Positions 51,475-64,000 of a DNA stretch of 64,000 nt are shown one piece after another. The stretch is from the NCBI GenBank assembly GCA_051294375.1, contig CM119269.1:13831887-13895886 (forward strand). Direction: 5' to 3'. Within the stretch, counting starts at the first letter, position 1; each line of letters starts with the position of its first letter. A program made the position numbers and the translations under genes. The notes under the pieces were generated by a model. That model worked only from the letters and a program-made list of their open reading frames with translations, was not told the DNA's origin and ran no database searches. Origin of the DNA: Paraspadella gotoi. Taxonomy: Eukaryota > Animalia > Chaetognatha.

Positions 51475-53836
51475 GAGATATGTTCATCTCCCAAATCCTC
51501 CGCCCCGCGGGGCGGCTCTAGGGGCGGCCCAGGGGGCAGACTATTCCAGGGGAGCAGCAAAATGGTCCATTGAGGGGGCGCCCCTCTGGATTGCCTCAGG
51601 GGGCCGCCCAGGGGGTTCCCCTGGGCCAACATTTTGGGTCTATAAGGGGCGCCCCTAATGCTTAGCCCCGGGGCCAAAAAAGTCTGCCCTGGGGTAACCC
51701 TTGGGGAGCAAAAACTGCTCCCCCAGGGGCGAGTTAAAGAGAGAGCAAAGTTTAGATGAGAAAATATACTTCTGACTATGTTATTATATCTTGAGAATAT
51801 TTCTCCCTGTCTGTTACTCTCTCTTTCTCTCTCCCTTTTTCTTTTTTTCTCTCTCTTTTTCTCTCTCTCTCTTTTTCTCATCCACTCTTCTTTTTTTTTT
51901 CTCTCTCTCTTTTTTCTCTCTCTTATGATCTTTTTTTTCTCTCTCTCTTCAAGACTTGTTTTATGTAACTGAATTAAATATAAATATTTTTCAAATTATT
52001 GTTAACTCATTTATCCATATTTTATCTAAAAATTATAATATTTGTATTTTTTAACCAATTATTTATTTCAGTTAAAAGATATAGAAACAAGTTTTAGGCA
52101 AACAATGTAGGACGTAGCCACAAAAATTTAGTGTAAAAAGCTAATCAGTCATTTGTCTTCTTTTTTTTGTTTTTTTTATCTTTCTTTTTTAATTTTTTTT
52201 TCTTTCTTTTTGTTGGATGGACATACTGATAGACTGATAGAGAGACATAATTTCTAAAAAAATATTCATAATTTGATGTTTAAAAAGAAATTAAATAAAT
52301 TACCAAACAAATAATGGGCAGTGACTGACAAGCCTACTTAGTGAATTATGGCGTCCCCCCAAAAAATAATAAAAACTATTCATCAACATTAATCGAGTTC
52401 TACATCGTAAAATAAATTTTATTTTATTTAAGATTTGTAATTAATAATCGTCAGTTTGTAGATTGCTTAAGATGAACTCACGTTGTTAAGTAGAGGCTGA
52501 TAATTTGAGAGAGAGAGTGAGCAAAACTTTATATCTAGCTCAATCACATACTTTTTTACCACATACAAAATTTTATTCCAATCCATCTATTTAATCACGA
52601 ATAATTTGGAGTTTATGCTAATATGGGATGGACTTAAAGACTGATATTAATTAATTAATCAATTAAATATTTTTAATTAATTATTTTTTATAAGTTTATA
52701 AGAGAATAAGTCAACAAAACTGTTTTTCCTAAGTGAATTAAAAATTAAAACCATCCTACTCTTTATTCTATAAAATTATTAAGATAAAATTTTGTGTGTT
52801 GGTAGAAAAATGAAAGTGAGTTTTAATGGACAAACAAAAGTTACTTTTACTTAAACTTTATTAAAAAAATTTTTGAACTCTTTTTTTCTCTTCTTTTTTT
52901 ATTTCTATCGGATAAAATTGTTAATTAGCTAATTGTTAAGTTGATTGTTGACCAAATTAATTAATTTGACCAAATTATCAAGTTGTCCAAATTATCTAAG
53001 TTGACCAAATTATGCAAGTTGACCAAATTATGACTGTTGACTAAATTAAGCAAATAACCAATTTATACTAGTTGACCAATTTATGCCAATTGACAAATCT
53101 ATGAAATTGACCAAATTATGCAAGTTGACCAAATTATGCGAGTTGATTTAATTATGCAAATTGATTAAATTATGAAAGTTTTACCAATATGAAATTTTAC
53201 CAAATATGAAAGTTTACAAATTATTAAAGTTTACCAAATTATAAAAGTTTTAGCCAATTATGAAGTTAACCAAATTAAGCAAGTTAACTAAATAAAAAAA
53301 AAATTACCAAATTTGAAAGTTTAACCAATTATAAAAGTTTACAAAATTTTAAAAAGTTGATTAAATATATCAGTTGACCAATTTATGTCAGTTGACCAAT
53401 TATGTCAATTGACTAAATTATGCAAGGTGACCAAATTATGCAAGTTGGTATTGGTGCAGCTATTGGTTCATTGATTGATTAATTGAAGTAAAAAATATTA
53501 TTTATTTTATATTTTATTGTAATGAAAGATGAAAATAGAAAATAGAGAAAGAGAGAGAGAGGGAGAGAGAAAGAGAGAGTAGAGGGAGAGAGAGAGAGGA
53601 GGAGAGGAGCCATTCCAGGGGCAGGAAAATTCTCCCTGGGGGTAGCCCCAGGGGGCAAGGGTTTTTCTAGCGGCCAGGGGATTCCCCTGGGTGGCCCTTG
53701 GGGCTCCAAAAAAGAGGCTACAGGGGGCCGCCCTAAGCGGTAAGGATTTGCTTGCCCCTCGGGCCGCCCCGCGGAGACCCCGCGGGCCGCCCCCGCACCG
53801 CCCCGGAGGGAAGCGATTCTGGAAGGATGACATCTT
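51475..53836. mobile_element. Non-autonomous TIR/foldback-like DNA element with an 8-bp target-site duplication (hAT-like)
   Basis: GGTGATTT flanks both ends (51467-51474 and 53837-53844) but occurs once at the empty site in the paralogous copy (58621-58628). The termini are degenerate inverted repeats (GAGATATGTTCATCTCCCAAATC vs revcomp AAGATGTCATCCTTCCAGAATC), followed by mirrored GC-rich, CT-rich and AT-rich blocks. No transposase seen. Confidence 0.7.
52940..53450. repeat. ~18-bp minisatellite (consensus AAGTTGACCAAATTATGC) inside the TIR element
   Basis: Many degenerate tandem copies are directly visible. Confidence 0.9.
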
Positions 53837-56800
53837 GGTGATTTTGAAAAATCGAGGATCGAAATGAATCGATTCCAAAAAAAGACGAAGACGAATCGAG
53901 AATGAGATTCGTTGATTTCGGACCGTGACGTCATTCTTTTCGTCTCGTCGTCGTCGTCGTCGTCGTCGGTCGTCGGGATCTTTCACTCGCAGCTTGTCCA
54001 CGTTCTCATCGTCGTGATCTTTGTCGTCGTCGTCGTCGTCGTGTCGTCATCGGCCATTGATCGCGACACGTTCCAATTATCTCGAGATTCGAAATCGAAG
54101 AAAAAAAACAACAAAGGAATAAACAATCGGAGAGGAAAATAAACAAACGGGATTCATCGGTTAATATGATTGTTATTTAATAGATGTGATTGATGATGAT
54201 TTTGGTAAATGGATTATAATTCATGCGGCTACTTTAATCATTGTTTTTTGTTTATTTTTTATAAATACTTAGTAAGTTCCCTGTTTTCATCTGGTCATTT
54301 TTCCTAATTTTTTTTGCCGTTCACTTTTGGGTGTGTGGTCGACTGTATTCATCGTGGTAACTCTAGTCAGCCATTGTAAAAGCCAAGTTTAGTACTTTCG
54401 TTCATTTTTCTGTCCTCTATCTTCACTTTGTCAGCCTTCGGTCTGGAATGCAGGCGACCTCTCGCCAAATCCAAAATTCGCGACTCTAGTCACTTGGAAT
54501 TTGAGCCCCAAACTAGTTGCCTCTGGTCGGCGGAGGTGGAGAGACGAGAGAGAGAGAGAAGAAGAGAGAGAGAGGAGAGAGAGAGAGAGAGGAGAGAGGA
54601 AGGAGAGAGAGAGAGAGAGATGACCCCTCGGATGGAACGGATTCCAAGACGAGGTTAATTCCTTATCAATACCCATTGTTTTTTTTTTCCCTAAATTCGA
54701 GAAAATTTTTTTTTCGTTGGGTTTGGCGCGACGGTGAAGGTGGGTAAGTGGGATGGTGGTTGGGGAGGTGATAGTTTTTTTGGGGGTGAACGGAGTTAGG
54801 TGAGGGAAGGTAAGGCGGAAAGTATGAAAGGTAAGGGGCGTGTAAAAAAAAGGCGGGAGAAGATTAATCGCTTGGGGAAGGAAATTGCGGAGTTTAAATT
54901 AGTTGGGACAAGGTCGCTTGAATATAAACTAAACAGTAATAATTTACTAATTAAACATTTTGTGCCGAATTAAACAATTTAAGTTGCTAAGACCGAACGG
55001 GTACAGACGGACGGAAGGAACGCGCACGGGGATGGGACTAGAGGGCAAGGGAGTAAATGAGGAAGGGGAGTAGAGGTGATGAAAAGGGGGAACGTGGGGG
55101 AAATGGAGAGGTTGAGTTGGGGGAGAGGGAGTGTGAGGGAGAATGGAGGGAGCGGGAAATGGAAAGAGAAAAGGCAGGGGGGGCGGAGGAAGAAAAAGGG
55201 GGAATAAGTGGGGAGAGTGGGGTGGTGGAGGAAGCGCCCGGGGGGAGAAGTCGCTGAAAGTGGGGGCGCCGCGGCGGTTGGGGAGGGCGTGCAGCGTTCC
55301 TGGCCGGACGGGGGCGGGGGGCGGCTTCGCCCCCCGCCCGGCGTGGCCCTTGGCTCCCCCGCCACCCCCGCACCGCCCCCCCCCCCCTCTGCGTCGCCCC
55401 CCGCCGGCCCCCTGGCGTAGCACCCCCCGCGCGCCCCCCCCCCCCCCCCATCCTGCCCCGCCCGGAGGAGAAGAGATGAGGCCGCCCCGCCCCGAGGGCC
55501 GCCTCCCCCCCCCCCCCCTCCCCCCCCCGACGGGTCATCGCCGCCCCCCCGCCCGCCCCCCCCCCCCCCCCCCCACCCCTCATGATCCCGAACCTCAGGC
55601 CCCCGCCCCCCCTCCCTCTCCCGTGCCGTCCCGAGCTCGCCCCCCACCCCCCACCTCCGCCCCCCCCCCCCCCCCCCCCCCGACCCGCCCCCCCCCCCCC
55701 CCCGCACACACCCCCCCCCCCCCCCCCCCCCCTCCCCCAACCACCCCAAACCCACCCCCCCCCGCCCCCCCCCCCCCCCCCCCCCCCCCGCCCCCCCGCG
55801 CCCACCCCCCCCCCCCCCCGCCCCTCAACAACACAACCGGCCCCCAGCTACAAACAAGCGAATAATAGAATTGAATGAAAGAAGGCAATTTGAAAACACC
55901 ACCCACCCACCCCCCCCGCCCGGCGGCGTGTGTGTAGGGTAGGGGAGGTATGGGCCGGAAATGTGGGACCGGGGTGCCACTTGAGGAACTGGGGGTGGGG
56001 TGGCCTCTTGGTCTGAAGAGCAAGGGGAATTAGTTACGGGGAGTAGGTTGGAGTATAAAACGCGTGTGTGGATTGTTGGTGGGTTTGTGAACTAAGGGTA
56101 GGCTGTGGTAACGACACTTCCCGCGATGGAGAAAATGGGTGCGCCCACACCCCCCCCCGGGCCCCGCCACCGCACCTTCGGGCTGTGCGGCCCCGGCTGC
56201 GAAACCACCCACCGACCCTCGCCCGGGGCCGCCGCATGAGCCACCCGGCGGCCCTCCTCCGCCCCCTCCCGCGCCCCGCTGCCCGGCCCCGCCCGCCCGC
56301 TCGACCAGGCCGCTCACCCCCCCCCCCCCACCCCCGCCACCGCCCCCGCCGAACCACAGCGAACGACACGGATGGCCGCTAACCAACACAGCCGACAACG
56401 GACACGACTTCCACAAGACACCGCACGTGTAACGCACACACCGACCTGCACCACGCACCCACTCACAGCCTGCCGCACCGGTCAGCGACTCCACCGGGCG
56501 CGACCGCCACACACGCTCCCCCCCCGGCTCTCGCGCGGCGCACCGCCACCCCGCCCGACGCCGCACACACGCGACTTCTTCGCGCCTCGGTGCTCTCCTA
56601 TCTTCTCCTTTCTTTCGGAACGGCGAGGTTCCTTTCTCTTCTTTTCTCGCACACCTCGGAAAAATCTTTGTTTTATGTCCCCCGCACTTCTCTATCTCTC
56701 TTTATCATCGACTCTGTTCTCTTTGTCACCTGACTCACTCCTCTCGCTTGCTTCGTCGTCGGACGTTGTTTGTTGTTGGCGGAGGAAACTTGTTTACGAA

Positions 56801-56915
56801 TTGGCGCAAAAATCTTATTGCACAAGTTACTGAATGATACAGGGGTTTTAGTTCTTTTAGATCCGTTTTTTGTCTGAGCGAGAGAGATTAGAGAGAGAGA
56901 GAGAGAGGAGAGATA

Positions 56916-56953
<38 letters not shown>

Positions 56954-58726
56954 GAGTAAGAGAGAGCAGAGGATCGCGCCTGGTACAATTAAGCAATGTG
57001 AAGTCTATCGAGAGAATTTAAAATATGTCAGATTTGAGTTAAAGAATTCGCCTGAAACACAGAACTAAGAGAGGCATAGGGTGCTTGCCATCTGGGCGTG
57101 AGAGCAAGAGAGAGAGATGAGAGAGAGAGGAGAGAGGAGATGAGGAGAGAGAGAGAGAGATGAGAGAGAGAAGAGATGAGAGAGAGAGAGAAGAGAAAGA
57201 AAAATTTTCTGGAATCTCTCAAACTGTTAATCTGTTTTGTTTCAAAAAATCTTCCTTACATTTTTTCGCGTCAGTTATAAATACTGCCCTTTGTTTCACG
57301 CTGAGTATTATTAAGAACGCTTTTTATCGTTCTACATAGAATCCTTTGCATAGAATCTTCTAGGATGTGACCCTGTAAAAACTAAATCTTTATACTCTGG
57401 AGATCGCGGAGCTAAACTTCTAGCTGTTGAAATATACTACGGCGCAGTCTTATAAAAAGGTAAAAATTAATTAATGTGACAATTGATTTGATTTTCGGAG
57501 CATTTGATGAGTTTATCATCGTATTAAAAAAGGCGAGGTAGAGGATCTTCTATTTTATGCTTTCTCATACAAAGGGGCGGGTGGGGCGGGGGGGGACACG
57601 CGAGGTCATACTTTATGCTTCGCCTCCAACGACGAATTCCGACCGCCACCGCCGTTCCACGATTCACCGATCTCACGCGCAGCAATCAAGCTGCGTCACA
57701 TTTCTCACAACACACGTGATCAATTTTTTACAATTCCGCGTCTTCACTTTGACATGCAACGGACTCGTCCCATGTTGACTCATCTCTCTCTCTCCTCTCT
57801 CTCTCTCTCTCCTCCTCGTCTCTTTCCCTCTCTCTCTCTCTCTCTGCTCTCTCTCTATTTTTGTTAATTGTCAGGGTCCGGTATGTTACGAGTTCTTCCT
57901 TTCCTAGCTCTCGGTTGCGACGCTCTCACCTTCGGGGAATTCACTCACATCGTACTCACTCCACCCGGAACTCGACTCACTTCTCACTCCTTCAAATTTT
58001 TTTTTTTCGTCGCTGTGAGCCGTAGCGGGCGAAAAAAATATCAATAAAATTAACAGACACGTCCACTTTTTGATAAGAAGTCGTAAAACCACACACCCAC
58101 CACACACTCACCCCACACACTCCATCAACCTTGTGTAGTGCTACCTAGAGTTTCTGTCTATTTCCAGAAAGACACGCTTAAGCTGACTCTGCTCTTCAAA
58201 TATTCACAGAATATGATAAGCGGGTAATTTTATATTTAAAAAGTTGATTATCAAATATTGAGAGAGAGACAATCTCACGTGACTCTCTACAAATTTGGTA
58301 GTCCATCGAGAAGCCATCGAAAAAAGCCTTTGATGAGCCGCAGGCGTGAATCGTGAATCGCTGTGGTCACCGCCGAGCAAACTCCTCGTGAGACGAAGAC
58401 GAAACCGTGAGCCGTGAATTCTTTTTACATGAGGAGGTGTCACTGGTGTCCCTCGTGTCACAAGATCAGAGTTGTGCGCTGTGAAAATCGCAGTGAAATG
58501 TGAACAGCAGATAACGATAACGAAAGTGATATGAGGTCCGACCCAAAACTCGTTGAGCAATAATCGGTTGAAGTTGCGAAAATTGTGAAATTGTGAAATT
58601 GTGAAACTCGTCGAGTCTGAGGTGATTTTGAAAAATCGAGGATCGAAATGAATCGATTCCAAAAAAAGACGAAGACGAAATCGAGAATTGAGATTCGTTG
58701 ATTTCGGGACCGTGACGTCATTCTTT

Positions 58727-58728
<2 letters not shown>

Positions 58729-58780
<52 letters not shown>

Positions 58781-59118
58781 GGATCTTCACTCGCAGCCTT
58801 GTCCACGTTCTCATCGTCGTGATCTTTGTTAGGGTTATCGTCGGGGTCGTCGTCGTCGTCGACGCAATCTTCACTAGCAGCCTAGTCCATGTTATCATTG
58901 TAGTGATCTTTGTCATCGTTGTTGTCTTTGTCATCATCATCCTCGTCGGGATCTTCATGAGCAGCCTTGTCCATGTTATCATCTTAGTGATCTTTGACGT
59001 TGTCGTCATCTTCGTCATCGTCGTTGTCGTCGTCGTCGGGATCTTCACTCGTAGCCTTGTCCACGTTCTCATCGTCGTGATCTTTGTCGTCGTCGTCGTC
59101 GTCGTCGTCGTCATCGGC
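58729..59118. repeat. VNTR of four ~80-bp units; the minus frame reads KDHDDENVDKAASEDP(D)n, with two in-frame stops
   Basis: The unit GATCTTCACTCGCAGCCTTGTCCACGTTCTCATCGTCGTGATCTTTG-(TCG)n is repeated four times here and once in the paralogous copy at ~53945-54055. Confidence 0.85.
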
Positions 59119-59635
59119 CATTGATCGCGACACGTTCCAATTATCTCGAAATTCGGAAATCGAAGAAAAAAACAACAAAGGAATTAAACAATCGGAGAGA
59201 GAAAAATAAACAAACGAGGATATTCATCGGTTAATATTTTTTGATTGATTATTTAATAGATTGATTGATTGATTGATTTATGGTAAATGGGATTATAATT
59301 CATGCGGCTACTTTAATCATTGTTTTTGTTTATTTTTTATAAATACTTAGGTAAGTTTCCCTTTTTCATCCTGGTCAATTTTTCCTAATTTTTTTTGCCT
59401 CAGTTTTGTCACTTTTGGTTGTCCTGTGTCGATCTGTATTTCATCGTGTAACTCTAGTCAGCCATTAAAAGCCAAGTTTAATACTTTCCTTTCATTTTTC
59501 TGTCATCTATCTTTCACTTTGTCAGCCTTCGTCTCGGAAATGCCACGGCGAGCTCTTCGCACAATCCAAAATCTCGCGACTCTAGTCACTTGGAATTTGA
59601 CCCCAAATAGTTGCCCTCTGGTCGCGGAGGGAGAG

Positions 59636-59721
<86 letters not shown>

Positions 59722-60247
59722 GAATGACCCCTCGGATGGAACGGATTCCAAGACGAGGTTAATTCCTGTATCAATACCAGATATTTTTTTTCCCTAAATT
59801 CGAGAAACTTTTTTTTTCGGTTGGGTTTTGGCGGCGATGGTGAAGTGGCGGGCATAGCAGTGGGAGATGTGGCTTGGGGAGTGATAGTTTATTGGGAGGT
59901 GAACGGAAGTTAGGGGTGAGGGAAAGGTAAGGCGGAAAGTATGAAAGGTAAGGGGCGTGTAAGAAAAAAGGCGGGGAGAAGATTAATCGCTTGGGGAGAG
60001 AAATTGCGATTTAAATTAGTTGGGACCAAGGTCGCTTCAATATAAACTAAACAGTAATAAATTTACTAATTAAACAATTTTGTCCGAATTAAACAAATTT
60101 AAGTTGCTAAGACCGAACGGGTACAGACGGACGGAAGGAAGGAAGGAACGACCGGCGGCCGCAAAAAGGACAACGGAAGATTCCCGACCGAGTGTACGAC
60201 CCGACCGAACGATACGTGCGAGGTCAGGACTCACGGGGCGACGCAAA

Positions 60248-60277
60248 GTGGCTTCGCTGGGGATCGAACCCGCGACC
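60248..60277 (-). other. tRNA 3'-half-like fragment (T-arm/B box plus CCA), possible SINE remnant
   Basis: The minus strand reads GGTCGCGGGTTCGATCCCCAGCGAAGCCA. No matching D-arm or 5' acceptor strand is present. Confidence 0.4.
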
Positions 60278-60912
60278 CGCCCGCCCAAACGGATTTTCGC
60301 GCCTCGGTGTTTATCTTTTTTTCTTTGGAAGGGGGGCGAGGTCTTTTCTTTTCCTTCGCAATCGGAAATTTTGTTTTATGTCCGATTTTATTCTCTTTTT
60401 ATATCGATTGTTTCTTTGTATGACTCATTTTTGTTGTTGTCGTCGACGTTGTTGTTGTTGGGCGGAGGAAACTTGTTTACGATATTGGCCACACAATTCT
60501 TATTGCACCAAGTTACGAAATGATACCAGGGGTTTTAGTTCCTTTTAGATCCTTTTTTGGTCTGAGAGAGAGAGATTGAGNNNNNNNNNNNNNNNNNNNN
60601 NNNNNNNNNNNNNNNNNNNNNNNNNNNNNNNNNNNNNNNNNNNNNNNNNNNNNNNNNNNNNNNNNNNNNNNNNNNNNNNNNNNNNNNNNNNNNNNNNNNN
60701 NNNNNNNNNNNNNNNNNNNNNNNNNNNNNNNNNNNNNNNNNNNNNNNNNNNNNNNNNNNNNNNNNNNNNNNNNNNNNNNNNNNNNNNNNNNNNNNNNNNN
60801 NNNNNNNNNNNNNNNNNNNNNNNNNNNNNNNNNNNNNNNNNNNNNNNNNNNNNNNNNNNNNNNNNNNNNNNNNNNNNNNNNNNNNNNNNNNNNNNNNNNN
60901 NNNNNNNNNNNN

Positions 60913-60947
<35 letters not shown>

Positions 60948-61448
60948 AAATTTCTGGAATCTCTCAAAACTGTTAAATCTGTTTTGTTTCAAAAAATCTT
61001 CTTCATTTTTTCGCGTCCAGTTATAAATAGCTGCTTTTGTTTCACGCTGAGTATTATTAAGAACCTTTTTATCGTTCTATCATAGAATTTTGTAGAATTC
61101 TGGATGTTGACTGTAAAACTAATTTTATACTCTGAGATCGTAAACTCTACATTTGATATACTAGGTCTTTAGAAAAGTAAAAATTAAATTACATGTGAAA
61201 TTGATTTGATTTGGCATTTTATGTTTATCTCGTATTAAAAAAGGGAGGATAGAGGATTATCTATTTCTTTCCATACAAACGGAGGTTCCATTTATCTTCG
61301 CCTCCACGAGCGATTCCACGAGTCCGTTCAAGGATTCACGGATTCACGGAAGAATCAAGCTGCGTCACATTTTCTCACAACACACGTGATCAATTTTTTA
61401 CACATTCGCGTCTTCCCCTTTGAACATCACGGATTCGGTCCAGTTGAC

Positions 61449-61580
<132 letters not shown>

Positions 61581-63380
61581 TATTGTCAGGGTCGATATTT
61601 TACGAGTTTCTTCCTTCCTACTTCGGTCGACGCTCTCACCTCGGGGGGAATTCACTCACATCGTCTCACTCACCCGAACTCGACTCACTTTCTCACTCCT
61701 TCAATTTTTTTTTCGTCGCTGTGAGGCCGAGGGGGCGAAAAAAAATCAATAAATTACAGACACCAGTTTTGATATAGAAGTCGTAAAAGCGAAGTCAATT
61801 TATGAATAGAAATAAGTATTTATCAACCTTGTGTAGTCTACTAGAAGTTCTGTCTATTTCCAGAAGACAACGCTAAGCTGACTCTCCTCTTCAAATATTC
61901 ACAAATATGATAAGGGTAATTGATATTTAAAAGTGAATTATCAAAATATTATTACTTTAATGAAATTAAAGAAAACATGTAATTTTGCTACTTTAAAAGT
62001 AAAAAAAAATACTTAAAAATTTCACAAAAAGCTTATTCGATTATTTTTTTATTTTTTTTTTATTCAGAACTAGCTAAAGTTGTGCCAGCCTAAATATTTA
62101 TAAATTGTGCTCAGAATAGTGAAATTTTACTGTTTTTATTTAAGTAACAACTGGAACATAAAGCATGCACTTTTAAAAAAACATTTTTTTGCAGAGATCG
62201 AGATTGAAATAGGGCAACAACAATACAGATCGTTTCTTTGATTTAGTCTCTTTTTGCAAATGAAATGAACCCTAAAGACTAAAGAGTCCATTTCGGGGTC
62301 GGAATTATTTTAGAATAATAAATATTGAAATTGCTTCTAAAAATCGACGTCAACTTTACAATATTGAACATTGAAAGAAAACACTTGAATAAATATGTTA
62401 GGTTTAAGACATTTATAACAAAAATCCAATCAAATTATTAACTTATATTCAATTTATTTTATTTGCATTAAATAAATTCACAGTTGGGCTTTGAACAGAA
62501 CTAGTAATAAAAAAATATTAGTAACTTTTTTATTTAACTATTACTACCAATTATGTTGTGACATTAACTTTATGAAAAAACTATTGTGAGCGCGAAAAGT
62601 TGAAAAAGTCACGTTTTTTTTAAGTTACCCCTCTTTCCAGCATTATATTTCAAATAGATTTATAAATATTGTTTTTACTAATTTTCGCGCTAAGATTTTT
62701 ATAAATTTTGTGATTTAACAAAATAAGATAGAAAAAAATTTAAAAATATAATTCTGACATAATGAAGAAAAAATGTCATTAATTAAGAGCCAGGCAATGT
62801 TGAATTAGTACACTGAATAAAAAAAGACTTGTTCCAGTTTGTTTGATGGTGAGTGGTAAGCAAGATTGTCACGTGGTAAGCAAGATTGTCATGTTATCAG
62901 TTGGAATCATCACAGAAAAATATTGCATGAATAAATAGCGACGCACGCTTTTCATCTCCTCGGCAAGGATTAAATGCGAAAGATGAAATGCCTAATTCGC
63001 AATATAAACATTTTTCAAATTTAAATAAATGTCGTCCATTTTATTCCGAAAAGTTAAAATGTTTGAACAATACGAGGACAAGTTTGCGACATTATCTTTT
63101 CGTCTTATCATCTCTGGTGCGTGAATGATGCAACCAGTTGACTGGCAGGAGCCGCAGGACAACTCTCTTTGACTTTGAAGTTGCTGCGTGAAGAAACTCC
63201 ATAAGACTCTTGGTTGTCGGTCGGTCGGTTTGTTAGTCCATCTATCTGTCCGTAATTTTAAATTATGGGATTACGTGAAAAGTGAATTAGACGCAACACT
63301 ATGGAATTGCCGTTCTTAGTTTTTTAGTTCGCTCCGTAGAATCATTTTAGTAGTGAAAAAGCTGCAACAAGAAACTTTCG

Positions 63381-63436
63381 TTAAAGCAATTGCATTTGGA
63401 CGCTTTCGCTGCGACCGCCGCCGACGCCGCCGCCGC

Positions 63437-63469
<33 letters not shown>

Positions 63470-63846
63470 CTCGATTCACGACGAGATACGCCAGCCTGTC
63501 CTTATTCTTCCGAAGCCATTTGGGGCAAAAATTGTGGGCGTTGTTTTCGTCGTGGTCGTCGTCGTTTTCGTCGTCATCGTCATCGTCCTCCAAGCGTCGG
63601 GCAACGACGTTGAGCGGATAACCGTCGAAGTAACTTCCGGTGGATACGAGACTCGCGATGTAGGTGAGGTTGAGCTTCTCTGGAAAGTCGCCCCATCGAG
63701 GAAAGTCCCCGTTCATGGCCGAGGTAAGTTTGGTTCGAATGCCGACGGGGGAGAAGCACCAGCTGCAGTGCCAGCCGGCTGGGTGGGATTCGGTGCCTTT
63801 TTGGAGAGAGGGGAGAGAGAAAGGGGTTAAAGAGAGAGGAGAAGAG

Positions 63847-63916
<70 letters not shown>

Positions 63917-64000
63917 CTTTCAACATTCTCCATCCCCCACCTATCGTCCAATCGAAGTAAATCTTCTTTTGCCGCAAGAGAGCGTTACGTTTGACGACTT
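63381..64000 (-). CDS. MGAT3: Beta-1,4-mannosyl-glycoprotein 4-beta-N-acetylglucosaminyltransferase (GnT-III, GT17); last two exons, 5' part outside the window
   Basis: Exons >=64000-63941 and 63796-63381 give DWTI|GTESHPAGWHCSWCFSPVGIRTKLTSAMNGDFPRWGDFPEKLNLTYIASLVSTGSYFDG...FCPKWLRKNKDRLAYLVVN. This matches the MGAT3 motifs AGWHCSWCF and QNGDFPRWGDY. Confidence 0.93.

Noticed and set aside
52940-53450. CRISPR-like regular repeats (also 46765-47279)
   Set aside because: Head-to-tail minisatellites without unique spacers; no cas genes; eukaryotic context.
54947-56570. Long Gly/Pro-rich ORFs and a G-quadruplex-like poly-C/G tract
   Set aside because: The tract replaces ~160 bp of ordinary sequence in the cleaner copy (60140-60297) and lies inside an error-rich duplicate; most likely a sequencing artefact.

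Overview
Eukaryotic, almost certainly invertebrate animal, genomic scaffold: AT-rich introns, many (GA)n, (GAC)n and (TAA)n microsatellites, and N-gaps. Most ORFs in the supplied track are low-complexity artefacts, so the real genes were rebuilt by hand from spliced exons. The gene-dense part (1.4-27.3 kb) holds CCDC40 (minus, 3' end not resolved), a FEZ/UNC-76 family gene (plus), a small acidic/basic orphan gene (minus), a WIP/verprolin gene (plus) and a SUEL-lectin + mucin + unnamed-domain gene (minus). The 28-63 kb region is gene-poor. It holds a divergent SRP (7SL)-like RNA gene, a MITE, a TIR insertion with both filled and empty sites visible, and two noisy duplicated segments that look like uncorrected long-read gap fill. 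The 3' end of MGAT3 closes the window. The strongest observations are: (1) 5 of 15 CCDC40 introns use GC donors, with AAG acceptors frequent across the window; (2) a ~255-nt SRP-like RNA with a clear Alu domain but a non-canonical S domain; (3) ~580 aa of frame-preserving cassette exons inside WIP; (4) a ~500-aa repeat-rich N-terminal extension on CCDC40. All calls come from manual reading and remembered family motifs; no search or folding program was run.
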